Of a DNA stretch of 64,000 nt, positions 23,031-40,542 are shown one piece after another. The stretch comes from Hormiphora californensis (lineage: Eukaryota > Animalia > Ctenophora), in contig CM035360.1 of the NCBI GenBank assembly GCA_020137815.1, positions 7,440,001-7,504,000 on the forward strand. The letters are read 5' to 3'. Every line of letters starts with the position of its first letter. Positions within the stretch are counted from its first letter, which is position 1. The notes beneath the pieces are model-generated. The model was given only the letters and a program-made list of their open reading frames with translations. It did not search any database and had not been told where the DNA came from. A program made the translations under genes and the position numbers.

Positions 23031-23655
23031 GACTTGAAGAGCTAAACAAACAATTTATTTGAGGAAGTTTCAAGGGACAAGTACAATATGGTTGCTTAGT
23101 GCTTACTGAAAACGACGTGGACGAGTCACGAGCACCTTTATTTTTTCAAGAGCTTTCGCCTCTCTGTCATCACGGTGAGAGGATAGAGCAAGGCGAGCAT
23201 TAACATTAATTATAGTAAAATCATATTGAAAATGCATTTAGTTCGCTTTCGAGTCAAAAGTTTTGACAAAGTTGACAAATGGTCCTCCTCCTATTCGGGA
23301 GTCGCGAGGACCAGCGATTCCTGAGACTTCTTTTTGGTTTCGTATGAAGGAATGGACGTAAAAGCGTCATCTGGAGCCATAGAATTGCCTTTTTAGGCTG
23401 TACTAAGGTCCAAGCGTTCGCGGTCGTAAGTTCGTGCTTCGTTTCGTTTCTCTTCGTGCAAAATGTTCTTGACAAAAAAAGGTTTTGTTGCAAGCAAATT
23501 TTAAAAAATTTAAAAAAACATTCGTAAATGCGCGCGTTTAATGCAGTGTAGTATTAAATAATTATGCGCGTTACATTTATTTTATATTTCTGCGTCGCGA
23601 AGAAGACCAAAAAACAAGCCCAAAAAGTTTTTAAAAAAAACTGGAAAAAAACCAG

Positions 23656-23877
23656 TAGTGGAAGCTCTTACGGTATTTCCCACGCCCCGTGGGAAAGTTT
23701 TTGACCGTGGGAAAGTTTTCAAACCGTGGGAAAAGAGAGATACATACAATAACTTTAAAAAAATAATTATTTTTTGTATGTTTTTGTATGTATCTCTCTT
23801 TTCCCACGGTTTGAAAACTTTCCCACGGTCAAAAACTTTCCCACGGGGCGTGGGAAATACCGTAAGAGCTTCCACTA
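23656..23877. mobile_element. 222-bp near-perfect palindromic MITE with TAG...CTA ends (Academ-like)
   Basis: 3-bp TSD CAG; TIR TAGTGGAAGCTCTTACGG; internal CCGTGGGAAA repeats. Confidence 0.75.
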
Positions 23878-24436
23878 CAGAACCTCTCTTCGGCAGCGTT
23901 ATTTTCCCTTCGGCAGCTTCTCTTCGGCTGTTAGAAAGTGATGCCAATCGGTGTTGGGGTTAGTGAATTTTTTTTGAGGGGGTAAAAGTTAAAAATTATA
24001 CATAAAAATGAGTTTACATGTTCTGTAGTAATAAATAAGTTAAAAATTATCGGTGTTAAAGTTTAAACCTCGTCATGTATAATAAATTAGTGAATTTTCA
24101 ACAAAAAAAAGAAGCTAGCTGTATTTCTTGCTCAAATAATCAGACGTTTTACCCTGGTTACTGTCATTTTGCGAATAAGGTAGAAATGCAAGTGTGAGGT
24201 GCCTGGTCAATTTCCTTTAAAACAGTTCCAGGAGACGGTAGCTTAGACTCAGCAGACACCTAGGCCATGAAGCACAACAAAGACGAGAGGAGACACCATC
24301 ATGAAATCGCAGTAGAAGACGCACAGAAAATGGGGATACCTAACGGCTAACGGTCAATTGTTAATCAAAAGGATCTCCTGCACTGGGTAGCCCACGGACT
24401 ACGGAGAGTTGAAGTTTTTAACACATGCTGCGTGGT

Positions 24437-26808
24437 GACCCCGATTTAGGGACCCCCGATTTAGGGACACCCCGATTTAGGGACAGGATTTTTTTCCCCC
24501 AAAAATTTTTGAATTTTTTTGAGAAATTTTTTGTGAAATTTTTCAAAAAGATTCCAGCCATGTCCGAATCGTGTTTCGAATCGGTGCATCTTATCGCATG
24601 TCCTTCTGCTAATTAGACGGTTCGGAACGAACCGATACGTGATCCCCATGGTGCCCATTGAATCACAAGTTCACCAAGGTCCAAGCGTCAAAATTTCGAT
24701 TCGATGGGGATCACGTTTCGATTCGTTCCGTCTAATTAGCAGCAGGACATGCGATAAGATGCACCGATTCGAAACACGATTCGGACGTGGCTGGTATACC
24801 TTTTTTTAACTTTTTTGCAAAATTTTACAGTACGATTGTCAATGCTTTGATCGGTGCTCCCCATAAATTTTGAGAGAAAAAGTTATTTTTAAATTTTTAT
24901 ACTTCCTCACCCGCTTAGGGTGCCCCGATTCGGTATTAGTCCAGTAAAAGTTCGATTTAAAATCGGCATTTCTGCAAAAAAGCAAATTCCGGTTGATTTT
25001 GGTCAATTCGAGTACGCTGATCACGACTATAAACTTTTAGTGAACTTTTTCGTGGGGGAAAGTGGCTTAATTGGCCTTAATTGGCCAAAATTTAAAATGT
25101 GTCTAAAATTTATTCTGCATAGCTCAAAAAATCGGGAAAAATTCACTGATTATCGGAAAAATATTTCCAGATTTTATTTGTGTCGAAAATAGGCGGAATT
25201 GGCCTAATTGGGCTTAATTGGGCTTGATTACTGGAATTTAAAGTTTATTCTGTATAGCTCAAAAAATCGGGGAAAATTCACTGATTATCGAAAAAATATT
25301 TTCAGATTTTATTTGTGTCGAAACTAGGAGGAATTGGCCTAATTGGGCTTAATTGGGCTTGATTACTGGAATTTAAAGTTTATCAAAAATGAATTTTATA
25401 TAGCTTAAAAAATCGAGAAAAATAAGCTGATTATCAGAAAAATACTCTTTGAATTTATTTTTGTCTCAATTAGACGGTAGAGCTAATTAAAAGCCAATTA
25501 AATCACCAAATTGGTGTTGCGCAACATTATGAGCCTCAGGAATGTAAAACTGAACTTAATTAGCCAATTCCTTCACTAATGTGGCCCCAAGGGTCTCTCC
25601 TAACACAATAGAAAACCCTAACATTCTGTGCGAGGTGCAACATGTTCATTTCCGGGATATTGTGCATGCACACTGCATGTGCTGTGGGCGAGAAACTGAA
25701 AATCGTAAAAATCGGCATTTTGGAGATACATATGTACCTCTCAAGCCTCATTATACACCCCTCTGACCCTACTAGATAGGGGAGACCCTTGGGAACACAT
25801 TAGTGAAGGAATTAGCTTATTAAGTTCAGTTTTACATTCCTGAGGCTCATATTATGTTGCGCAACACCAATTGGTGATTTAATTGGTTTTTAATTAGCTC
25901 TACCGTCTAATTGAGACAAAAATAAATTCAAAGAGTAATTTTCCGATAATCAGCTTATTTTTCTCGATTTTTTAAGCTATATAAAATTCATTTTTGATAA
26001 ACTTTAAATTCCAGTAATCAAGCCCAATTAAGCCCAATTAGGCCAATTCCCCCTAGTTTCGACACAAATAAAATCTGAAAATATTTTTTCGATAATCAGT
26101 GAATTTTTCCCGATTTTTTGAGCTATGCAGAATAAACATTAAATTCCAGTAATCAAGCCCAATTAAGCCCAATTAGGCCAATTCCGCCTATTTTCGACAC
26201 AAATAAAATCTGGAAATATTTTTCCGATAATCAGTGAATTTTCCCCGATTTTTTGAGCTATACAGAATAAATTTTAGACACATTTTAAATTTTGGCCAAT
26301 TAAGGCCAATTAAGCCACTTTCCCCCACGAAAAAGTTCACTAAAAGTTTATAGTCGTGATCAGCGTACTCGAATTGACCAAAATCAACCGGAATTTGCTT
26401 TTTTGCAGAAATGCCGAAATTTGGCCTATTTTTTTAGAACTTTTACTGGACTATATGGTATCACGTATCGGTTCGTTTTGAACCCGCTAATTAGACAGGA
26501 TATCCAGTAAGTTGCACCGATTCGAAATACAAACCGGACGGGCTGGTATAACTTGGAAAATTTTCCACATTTTTTTTGAAAAAGAATTATTTTATATTTT
26601 TCTTTTTCTAATCAGAAATGATCATGTCATCAATACATGAATATTGTATATAACAGTTAGAGGTGTCTTTAGTCTTAATAATATAGCATTTTGGGCAATA
26701 AAATATGTTTTTATGGGCCAAATATGGCTCACCCCGATTTAGTGGACACCCCGATTTAGTGGACAAGACCCTTTCCCCCGAGGGTGTCCCTAAATCGGGG
26801 TCCGACTG
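24437..26808. mobile_element. Tc1/mariner-type non-autonomous element, left TIR truncated, with an internal hairpin (~24554-24794) and a nested Academ-like element
   Basis: CCCCGATTTAGGGAC repeats at left; right end GTCCCTAAATCGGGGTCCGACTG-TA; related to the MITE at 2948. Confidence 0.75.
24937..26453. mobile_element. Academ-like palindromic element (~650-bp arms with an internal ~123-bp tandem duplication)
   Basis: 3-bp TSD TAT; termini TAGTCCAGTAAAAGTTC / GAACTTTTACTGGACTA. Confidence 0.8.
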
Positions 26809-27528
26809 TATAATAAATTAGTGAATTTTCAACAAAAAAAAGAAGCTAGCTGTATTTCTTGCTCAAATAATCAGACGTTTTACCCTGGTTACTGTCATTT
26901 TGCGAATAAGGTAGAAATGCAAGTGTGAGGTGCCTGGTCAATTTCCTTTAAAACAGTTCCAGGAGACGGTAGCTGAGACTCAGCAGACACCTAGGCCATG
27001 AAGCACAACAAAGACGAGAGGAGACACCATTATGAAACCGCAGTAGAAGACGCACAGAGTCTTAGAGGAATGGGGAATGGGGATACCTAACGAGTAACGG
27101 TCAGTTGTAAATCAAAAGGATCCTATCCTCCTGCACTGGGTAGCCCACGGACTACGGAGAGTTGAAGTTTTTAACACATGCTGCGTGGTGACGCACACGG
27201 TATCATATAATACTGGTGTCTAAGAAGTAGTGTGTGTCATCTCACATCTGACGAGCCCCTACCTTTCTTTTTTCACGGTTCAGCTTAGTGATTGCTGACT
27301 ACCTTACTTACGAGAGTAAGGTAATTGCTGGGTTAATCGACTTTGAGTAATTAATAAGTACAAGGCTTGTACTACAAGCCAAGGTTTGAGGTGACGAGAA
27401 TTTCGATTCCCATTCTGCATGTATATCAAATCTGAACTCAGGACTCAGCATTGCCTCTAACCTAAGCTGAACCGTAGTCGATTAACCCAACAATATTCAT
27501 ATTTCATCCCATATAAACTCTTATTAGA

Positions 27529-27708
27529 ATGAGTACGTATGACCAGCACGGAGACATTGGTATTGACGTGGATGAAGTCGCTCCCCTAGACGAGGTCATG
27601 TCTGTCTCAGAGATGCTCAATGCCTCGCCATCAGTACATGTGGACTTTTTCAACTCGTTTGGAGATCTGTGTGACGTAGAGAATGTTCCGGCTGCACCAG
27701 CAACCTGA
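27529..27708 (+). CDS. COPS9: COP9 signalosome subunit 9 (CSNAP/MYEOV2), 59 aa, not in the ORF track
   Basis: MSTYDQHGDIGIDVDEVAPLDEVMSVSEMLNASPSVHVDFFNSFGDLCDVENVPAAPAT; matches the COPS9 pattern VDLDE...VHADFFNDFEDLFD. Confidence 0.85.
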   Translation: MSTYDQHGDIGIDVDEVAPLDEVMSVSEMLNASPSVHVDFFNSFGDLCDVENVPAAPAT

Positions 27709-27876
27709 CATATTACACACTAATTAACACCCTTCTTCTTCTGCTGTTGTTTACAACTATCTCTCTCTCTCTTCTTATATATTCGACTCCATTATGCGTT
27801 ATGTAACTGTATAATATATACCGTCTCATCTTTCTCTCCCTATCTCTTTTTCTTAATACATTCCATTGAAATAGGC

Positions 27877-33354
<5,478 letters not shown>

Positions 33355-34596
33355 CTCACATACAGTGAAGGTACACATTACAGATAATTAACTACCGTGT
33401 GTGGTAAATTACAAAACACCGGTTTGATTTTTGTTGTCCCCAAATTTCAGACATTTTCTTTTCGGGCCATTGACATATTCTTTGCACCATTACCATTAAT
33501 AAACATCTCAACATCTCCCTCAGATTTCACATTAATGAATTTGATGATGACCAAGTGTAAAAAATGAGTGCCCCTTCTTGTGCAGCGGCTCCAGGAATCA
33601 ATGTCAATACAACATGAACAATTATAGTGAACGTAATGATAATATATTGTGAATCATAAATATTGTGGTAATAAGATTAAGAAACTGTGTGAGAGAGAGA
33701 GAGAGAAAGTAAATGAGAGAGAGATAGAGTGAGAGAGCTGAGAGAGAAAGTTTACCAATGATTTGAGGGGTTTAATGTTTGTGTCCAAGATTTATAAGTT
33801 TCTCAAAATATTAGTAATATTCTATTCGTGTGCAACTGTGTGTGAAACTGTATATTCCTCTCTCGCTCAGCATGTCGTGCGTTGAATTGTGTTGTTTTTC
33901 TTAACCCTTTTCCAAGATAAAACGTGCTGTTGTGAATAAGTTTTAAATTGGAAAACCGGCTTCAAGCGGAATAAGTTGATCAGTTTTATTATATGGACAT
34001 AAGAATGGAGCACAAAGAAATTATTCCGTTTTTGGTACGCGCAAAATCATTTTATAATAATAAATGACGCGCTGCGCGTTATTTAACTTTCGCGCACGAA
34101 ATAAAATTGAAAAATTTTTTGGATATTTTTGTCTCCGACAGACAAAAAACGTGTTCAAATTGTTTGGAATGCGGCTGCAGCCTGCACTCTGCAGCCCCCG
34201 GCCCTGGAACGATTAATTTTAACCCTGCCTGGGTGATCGTTTTAGAACGTGTGCTCAAAATATCATATCAAGGGTTAGAAATCTGAAATAGTAACTCGAG
34301 TGTGGAAAAAAAGGGTATGTCAGTTGACCAAAATCAAATACTTGACGTTTTAAGTTAACTAATGCATATCCTTAAGTGTCTGTAGCCATTTGGGTGATGT
34401 TCGGAGGGCGCGATTATAATCTGGGTGCCTTGCAGCCTGTTTACAGGTGCACGCTACCAAAAGAGTACACTTAGACCGCCTTTTTTCTAGTTTACAAGTT
34501 TACAAGTTTACAATAAAAGTTTTAGTGTACACAACAGGCCTTCCCTTAGTGGGTCCACCTAAATAAATTAAAACACGTATCACCTCTCAGCCACTC

Positions 34597-37573
34597 TCAG
34601 ACATTAACAGCACATTGAGGGGAAATATCATTGGGAAGTGATGGATAGCCTCTGACAGGGGGACGGTCATAAAAGCCTGTCAAGTAATTGCCCAGGGATG
34701 ATTTGAAATGACCTAAGCTTCCGCAAGAGTTAACGGCCGCTGGCAACCTGTTCCACAGGTGAGCAGCTCTCGGTCCGAAAGAAGAATGGTACTGATTCGC
34801 TCTCCAGGTCTCAGCCCGATGTGGAAACATTGGCGGGACTAACCTCATACCCAGCCTTGCACTGTGTTGGAACACAAGATTTGCAGAATTCGGAACAAAC
34901 CCATGGATCGTCTTCCACACATGTATCAACATGTAACGTTGTCTCCTACGTTGAAGAGACATCAGGTTGAGAACTTTTAATCTCTCCCAATAGTCGAGAT
35001 TCTGCATTCCATCAAGTCTTCTGGTAAAACATCTTTGGACGTTCTCAATTGACTTGATGTCCCCAGACTTTGACGGATCCCAGACCAGACAACAATACTC
35101 CAAAATTGGTCTGACCAGTGATTTGAAGAGTTGCAACATTACCTCTGGTGAACGATCTCGAAAAACACTGAAAATCCACCCAGATAGCAGAGAGGCTCTC
35201 CTAACAATGATGGCAATGTGCTTCGACCAAGAACCATCCGAGGACATCTGGACACCCAAGTCACGGACATCAGCTTCAGGAAACAGTTGTACTCCAGATT
35301 TTGTGGTATACGAACATATGTCAACTGAAAAAGGGAATTCCTTGTAGATTGCCGACTTGTTCAGTCTGTAACTCAGGAGTTGAAATTTCTGATCATGTAG
35401 CACCATATTGTTTATCTTGGCCCATTCTGTAACCCTCAAAAGATCAGTTTGTAAACCCTCCTGATCAACGATATCTGTTATGGCTTTCATTAACTTGGTA
35501 TCATCCGCAAAAGTGAGACACATACTGCCATCCAGTACAGACTCCAGGTCCAGTATATAAATAAGGAAGAGGAGAGGGCCCAGGACACTACCCTGCGCCA
35601 CCCCGCTGAGCACCTCCACCCATGGTGACCTAACCCCATCCACCATCACACACTGCTGCCTGCCCAGGATCCACGCACTGATCCACTGATGAAGTTTTCC
35701 TCCAATCCCGTACCTTTTCAACTTAGCTAGCAACACATTGATATCCACCGAATCAAAGGCTTTAGAAAAATCCTAAATAGAGTACATCAACTTCTCTATC
35801 CCCACAGAGTTCGGTTAGGATGTAGTCGACATGAGATAACAGTTGGGACATAGTGCTACGTCCCTTTCGAAAACCGTGTTGCGTTTCACTCTGCAACTGC
35901 ATCTCGTCCAAATAATCAGCTATTCTCTTTCTGACTAGCCGCTCAAACACCTTCGATAAGTGACTGGTGATCGACACAGGGCGATAATTTCCCGTCGTAG
36001 ACTTCGACCCTTTCTTAAAGATTGGTGTTATGAACTGCTGCTTTAAACAATTTGGAACAGCCCCATCTGCAAATGACTTGTTCCATAACATCCATATAGG
36101 ATAAGACAAGCTGCTGTTACATCGTTTAAGAATGCATGAAGGAATGCAGCCCGGAGGTGATGCCGAAAAGGGTTTAAGCTCCTCTAGTGCACTCTGGATA
36201 CAATTCTGGGAAAAGTCCATGGTTGTCAGGATCTCACCAAGGTCCTCAATGTTCCCCGCTGCCACAGAGGGATCGATAGCCGCCGGATTGCTGAAGACAC
36301 TAGCAAACTGATGTTGTAGTAGGTTAGCCTTCTCCAGGGGGTCCACAGTTAAGGAACCATCCGCACGCTCAAGGGGGGCAACTGATGATTTAACCTTAGA
36401 GTTCTTTTTAACGTGAGTATAAAAGAACTTGGGGTTCTCCTTGATAGCACCCACAGCCTTCCTCTCCACTTTCTTGTCCCTTGATATCAGGTGGGACTTA
36501 ATTTTCCCAATTAAACAATCCATCACCGATTTCCACTTTACTGAATCGTTCTTACGTTTATCAAGTTTACGCCTCCTGCTAGTCAAATGCCTGAGTTCTT
36601 TGTCTACAAAGTCCTTTCGCATTTTCTTCACTCGGCAATGTGACTTAACCACCTTGAACACTCTATCTCGAACAGCTTCCACAAACAATGAGCCATCCTC
36701 ATCACCCAGATCCTCACACTCAGCAAGCAGTTTGTCCCAATCAGTAGCTGCAAGGTCAGCATCAATACTCACAAAGTCAGCTGAATGGAGATCCAGTTGC
36801 CGATAACCTTCCAGTTTGCTAGGCAGAAATAGACTTACTGGACCGAGAGGGTTGAAGGTGAGGTGACATGATACCCACAGATGATCTGATACACCCTCAT
36901 CTGTAATGGAAATATCGCTGAAGTAGTCCGGTCTATTGGTGAACACGAGATCTAACGTATTGTGGCCCCTGGTAGGGCCCTCTACAACCTGGGATAGAAA
37001 ATTAGTGTCCATAAAGTCCGATACAACATTGTAGTTAGGCTGATCAACTGGGACTGATGACCCGTCAACCCAATTAAAGAGTGGGAGATTAAAATCACCC
37101 GATAAGACCACTTCTGGTAACCCGCTCTCACTGTACTTATCGATAAATGTCTGTAAGGTGTTCATTAGTCTCTGAAAGTCCAAAACACTCGACTCTGAAC
37201 GATAAACAGCAGCAAATATGGTGTTAATCTGGCCAACATAGACAGCTTTCATATTGTTAAATGCACTAGCAAAACATGTACTATCAGAAACAGCCAGCGA
37301 CGAGTGAACATACAGAGCACAGCCTCCACCGACTCTACTCACTCTGTCACTCCTATAAACGTTATATCCCGGTATCTCAACCTGGGCATCTGAGTGATAC
37401 CCTTTAAACCAGGTTTCAGTAACTGCAATGGCTACTGTAGGAGTCTTCTCATTTCTTATATAATCTCTAACAAGACCGAGCTTCCAGCACGTATCACCTG
37501 CCGGACTTAGACTCCTTGCATTAAGCAGTAATATGTTACTCGTAGTAGAAACAGTCCCTAACGATCTCTCCAT
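34597..37573 (-). CDS. CR1 ORF2: AP endonuclease + reverse transcriptase, one +1 frameshift at ~35772
   Basis: APE motifs LNARSL, VTETW, GDFNLP, LDLVFTN, SDH; RT motifs NYRPVS, QHGFR, YL/DFSKAFD (split by frameshift), GVAQGSVLGPLLF, FADD; CR1-type LVRPILEY. Confidence 0.92.
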
Positions 37574-40100
37574 TGACTTAGAGTCGGGCGTATCGTCTCT
37601 ATACTCTCGAACCTCTTGTCTAGCATCTGTTTCATTCTCACTTCCATTCTCCCGAACAGTCTCTCTAAAAAAGAATCCTCATCGAATCGGGGTGGTTCAC
37701 GGGTGTCGTTGGAGCTACCACTCGGATTTTGGGATCGTGGTATCTCCGTATCCCTAGCATAGTTCGTCTCAGCCCTTCCGACACCACAAGACAGGGTTCT
37801 GTTCCGATTTAGAGTCTCGTCCACTGCAACTCGTCGGGTGTTCTTGAGATGCTGAAAACGACAGTCCTTCTTGAGGCATTCGTGCCTGAACTGGGAAGAG
37901 CGGCAGATAGGTGGATGGTAGTATCGACACTCTTTCCCCAGCTGACAGCCGTATTTCTTCATGGACCCATGGGCGCAGTATCTCCGGCACATTGGGGGGT
38001 GTGACTTCTGGCATGAAACTCCGTCGATCTTCTTCGTTCCGTAGCGGCCGTACTTGCACCGATTTTGTAGGTAGTGTTGGCACACCGGGATCGGCTTATC
38101 ATCGTCTTTCTTCTTGCCCTCATCAGCCTCATCCACACTGTTGATTTTCTGACCGGGTGGCTTCTGCTGGTGTTCTGGTTTGATGTCTCCAACCTCTGAC
38201 ATGAAGCTGAACCTCCTCCTTAGGGCGTCATCCGAAGCCTCACTTGCTGCACTCTTGGGAGGGCTTGCAAACTCCCCACTGGAACCCACAAACTTTTCCA
38301 GTGTGTGTTTCTTGCAACACATGTGACAAATCCACTTGAAACCTGGAATAGAGCACAGCGGTTGCTCCTGGATTAGGGTGCAATTATGGCTCCCTGCCCC
38401 ACAACTTCCACAATTGAACCTGGATTTCTCACACCTTTTGATCACATAGTCTTTCTCGCATGCCTCACAAAATTGCGGAAATAGACTTTCAATAGCCATT
38501 ATCAACCAGTCGATGAGACTGGCTTTGTCCCGGTACCGTTTTTCCTTTCCGTCATCAGTACGGGGTTTCCCCCCAAAGAAAAGCGCAGCCTCCTCCAACA
38601 CAATGTCCGTAAAACGATCAAGTGCCTTGATAGGCCAGTCATATGACGTCGATTTATCGCTGAAAAAGGAAGTAATTGATCTAAAAGCGATTCCACTTCC
38701 AGGGCCCTCCAATGGGTCTCTACAACCACCAAAAAAATTTACTGCGTGTACCGCGATGGAGAAATCGGTCATTTCCGGGTTTATTTTGCACCTGCATAAA
38801 TATAGGCTAGGACGAATGCGATATACGGTAAAAACCATCTTTGGAAACAAGTAGAAAAGAAATCAAGGGCACTAAAGTGTGTAGCGTCCTCGCATTAGTG
38901 GGGGTAGGTGCTGGAATTAAGTCTCTATCTTATCAGGTTAATTAGATACTTGGATAATTAGATGCGCACATAGCCGTTTTATGGTTATACGGTAAAAACC
39001 ATCTTTGGAATGGAGTAGAGAAAAAACCGAGGGTACTAGAGTGATCAGCGTCCTCGAATTAGTGGGGGTAGGTACCAAAATTAAGTTCCTATCTCATCGC
39101 GTTAATTAGATAATTGGATAATTAGGTATGCGCATAACCGTTTTTAGGTTACATGGCTATAGCCACTTAGGAATGGTTTAGAGACTTTTCATTGGTGCCA
39201 TTTTGTAGGCAATAGCCAAGTTATTGGGGGTCGACGTCGGACTTTTAAGCTCTATATTCAACCGTTTAGCCGTCATTTGGCTTTAAAGGTGCTCAAAGTG
39301 AGCAAAAATGCGGTTAAAAGACCGATTTTGAGCACCTTTAAAGCCATATAACGGCTAAATGGTTGAATATAGAGCTTAAAAGTCCGACGTCGACCCCCCA
39401 TAACTTGGCTATTGCCTACAAAATGGCACCAATGAAAAGTCTCTAAACCATTCCTAAGTGGCTATAGCCATGTAACCTAAAAACGGTTATGCGCATACCT
39501 AATTATCCAATTATCTAATTAACGCGATGAGATAGGAACTTAATTTTGGTACCTACCCCCACTAATTCGAGGACGCTGATCACTCTAGTACCCTCGGTTT
39601 TTTCTCTACTCCATTCCAAAGATGGTTTTTACCGTATAACCATAAAACGGCTATGTGCGCATCTAATTATCCAATTATCTAATTAACCTGATAAGATAGA
39701 GACTTAATTCCAGCACCTACCCCCACTAATGCGAGGACGCTACACACTTTAGTGCCCTTGATTTCTTTTCTACTTGTTTCCAAAGACGGTTTTTACCGTA
39801 TATCGCATTCGTCCTAGCCTATATTTATGCAGGTGCAAAATAAACCCGGAAATGACCGATTTCTCCATCGCGGTACCCGCGGTAAATTTTTTTGGTGGTT
39901 GTAGAGACCCATTGGAGGGCCCTGGAAGTGGAATCGCTTTTAGATCAATTAGTTCCATTTCACAACGTCATATGACTGGCCTATGAGATTGGTCTGGTAC
40001 CTTTTAGCTGTAGGACTGTAGGCCTTCACGATCCGTTTCACCTCGTCACTACAGTCGGGGTCATCACATAGCTCCGACAGCACTGCTTTCTGTTTCGCTA
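37558..40100 (-). CDS. CR1 ORF1 with PHD-like finger and three CCCH fingers; interrupted by element 38631-39983
   Basis: Removing the insert and one TGA restores ...KRYQTNL/KALDRFTD... in frame; CGSC...HNC...WICHMC; CQHYLQNRC..C..H, CRRYC..C..C..H, C..C..C..H. Confidence 0.8.
38631..39983. mobile_element. Academ-like palindromic element (~660-bp arms) inserted in CR1 ORF1
   Basis: 3-bp TSD TGA (38628-38630, 39984-39986), confirmed by restoration of the ORF1 frame; TIR TAGGCCAGTCATATGACGT. Confidence 0.85.
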
Positions 40101-40542
40101 GTAGCTAACAGCTATAGCCACGCAACCACATGGCCAATTTGAATAAACTAAACGGCAACTGATAGAGAATCGATAGCCCTAACCGATAACCCCTAACCAG
40201 ACCCTAACGGATAGCCCTAACCCGTTGCGTGCTAAAACTACGAATTGTTAGCAATGAAAGGCACCCAGATTTTAACGTTTTCCATGTTCGGACAGTCCAA
40301 TCACGAGTTATAACCGAAAAACAGTTATAACCGAAAAACAGTAACAAATACTTTAAACCGGAGGAAAGAATGGCTATGGCTTCGAAATTTCTTGTGTGGA
40401 CAGAGAATCGTCCAAATTTGCAGTCTCAACTTGCTTGTGTAAATTAATTGGGTAAATCTCGTCAAAGGATCACTTATAGGCCCAGCAACTGTGAAGTATT
40501 GCTAACTCTTTGTAGGATGACAGGATAGGGGGTTTCCTTGAA

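Larger units (their letters stand above)
24078..27192 (+). repeat. Diverged direct duplication of ~360-385 bp (24078-24439 and 26809-27192) flanking a composite transposon
   Basis: Both copies run TATAATAAATTAGTGAATTTTC...CACATGCTGCGTGGTGAC, with several substitutions and indels. Confidence 0.9.
34489..40100 (-). mobile_element. Near-full-length CR1-clade non-LTR retrotransposon, 5'-truncated within the start of ORF1
   Basis: ORF1 + ORF2 (APE, RT), short 3' UTR and (TGTAAACT)3 tandem-repeat tail at ~34489-34512. Confidence 0.92.
34418..40271. mobile_element. Small MITE (~250 bp of own sequence) split by the CR1 insertion
   Basis: 14-bp inverted repeat AATCTGGGTGCCTT (34418-34431) / AAGGCACCCAGATT (40258-40271); degenerate CCCTAAC repeats; CTAGT present at both LINE junctions. 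Confidence 0.55.

Noticed and set aside
40176-40225. CCCTAA-like repeats suggesting an interstitial telomere
   Set aside because: Few, degenerate and internal to a MITE
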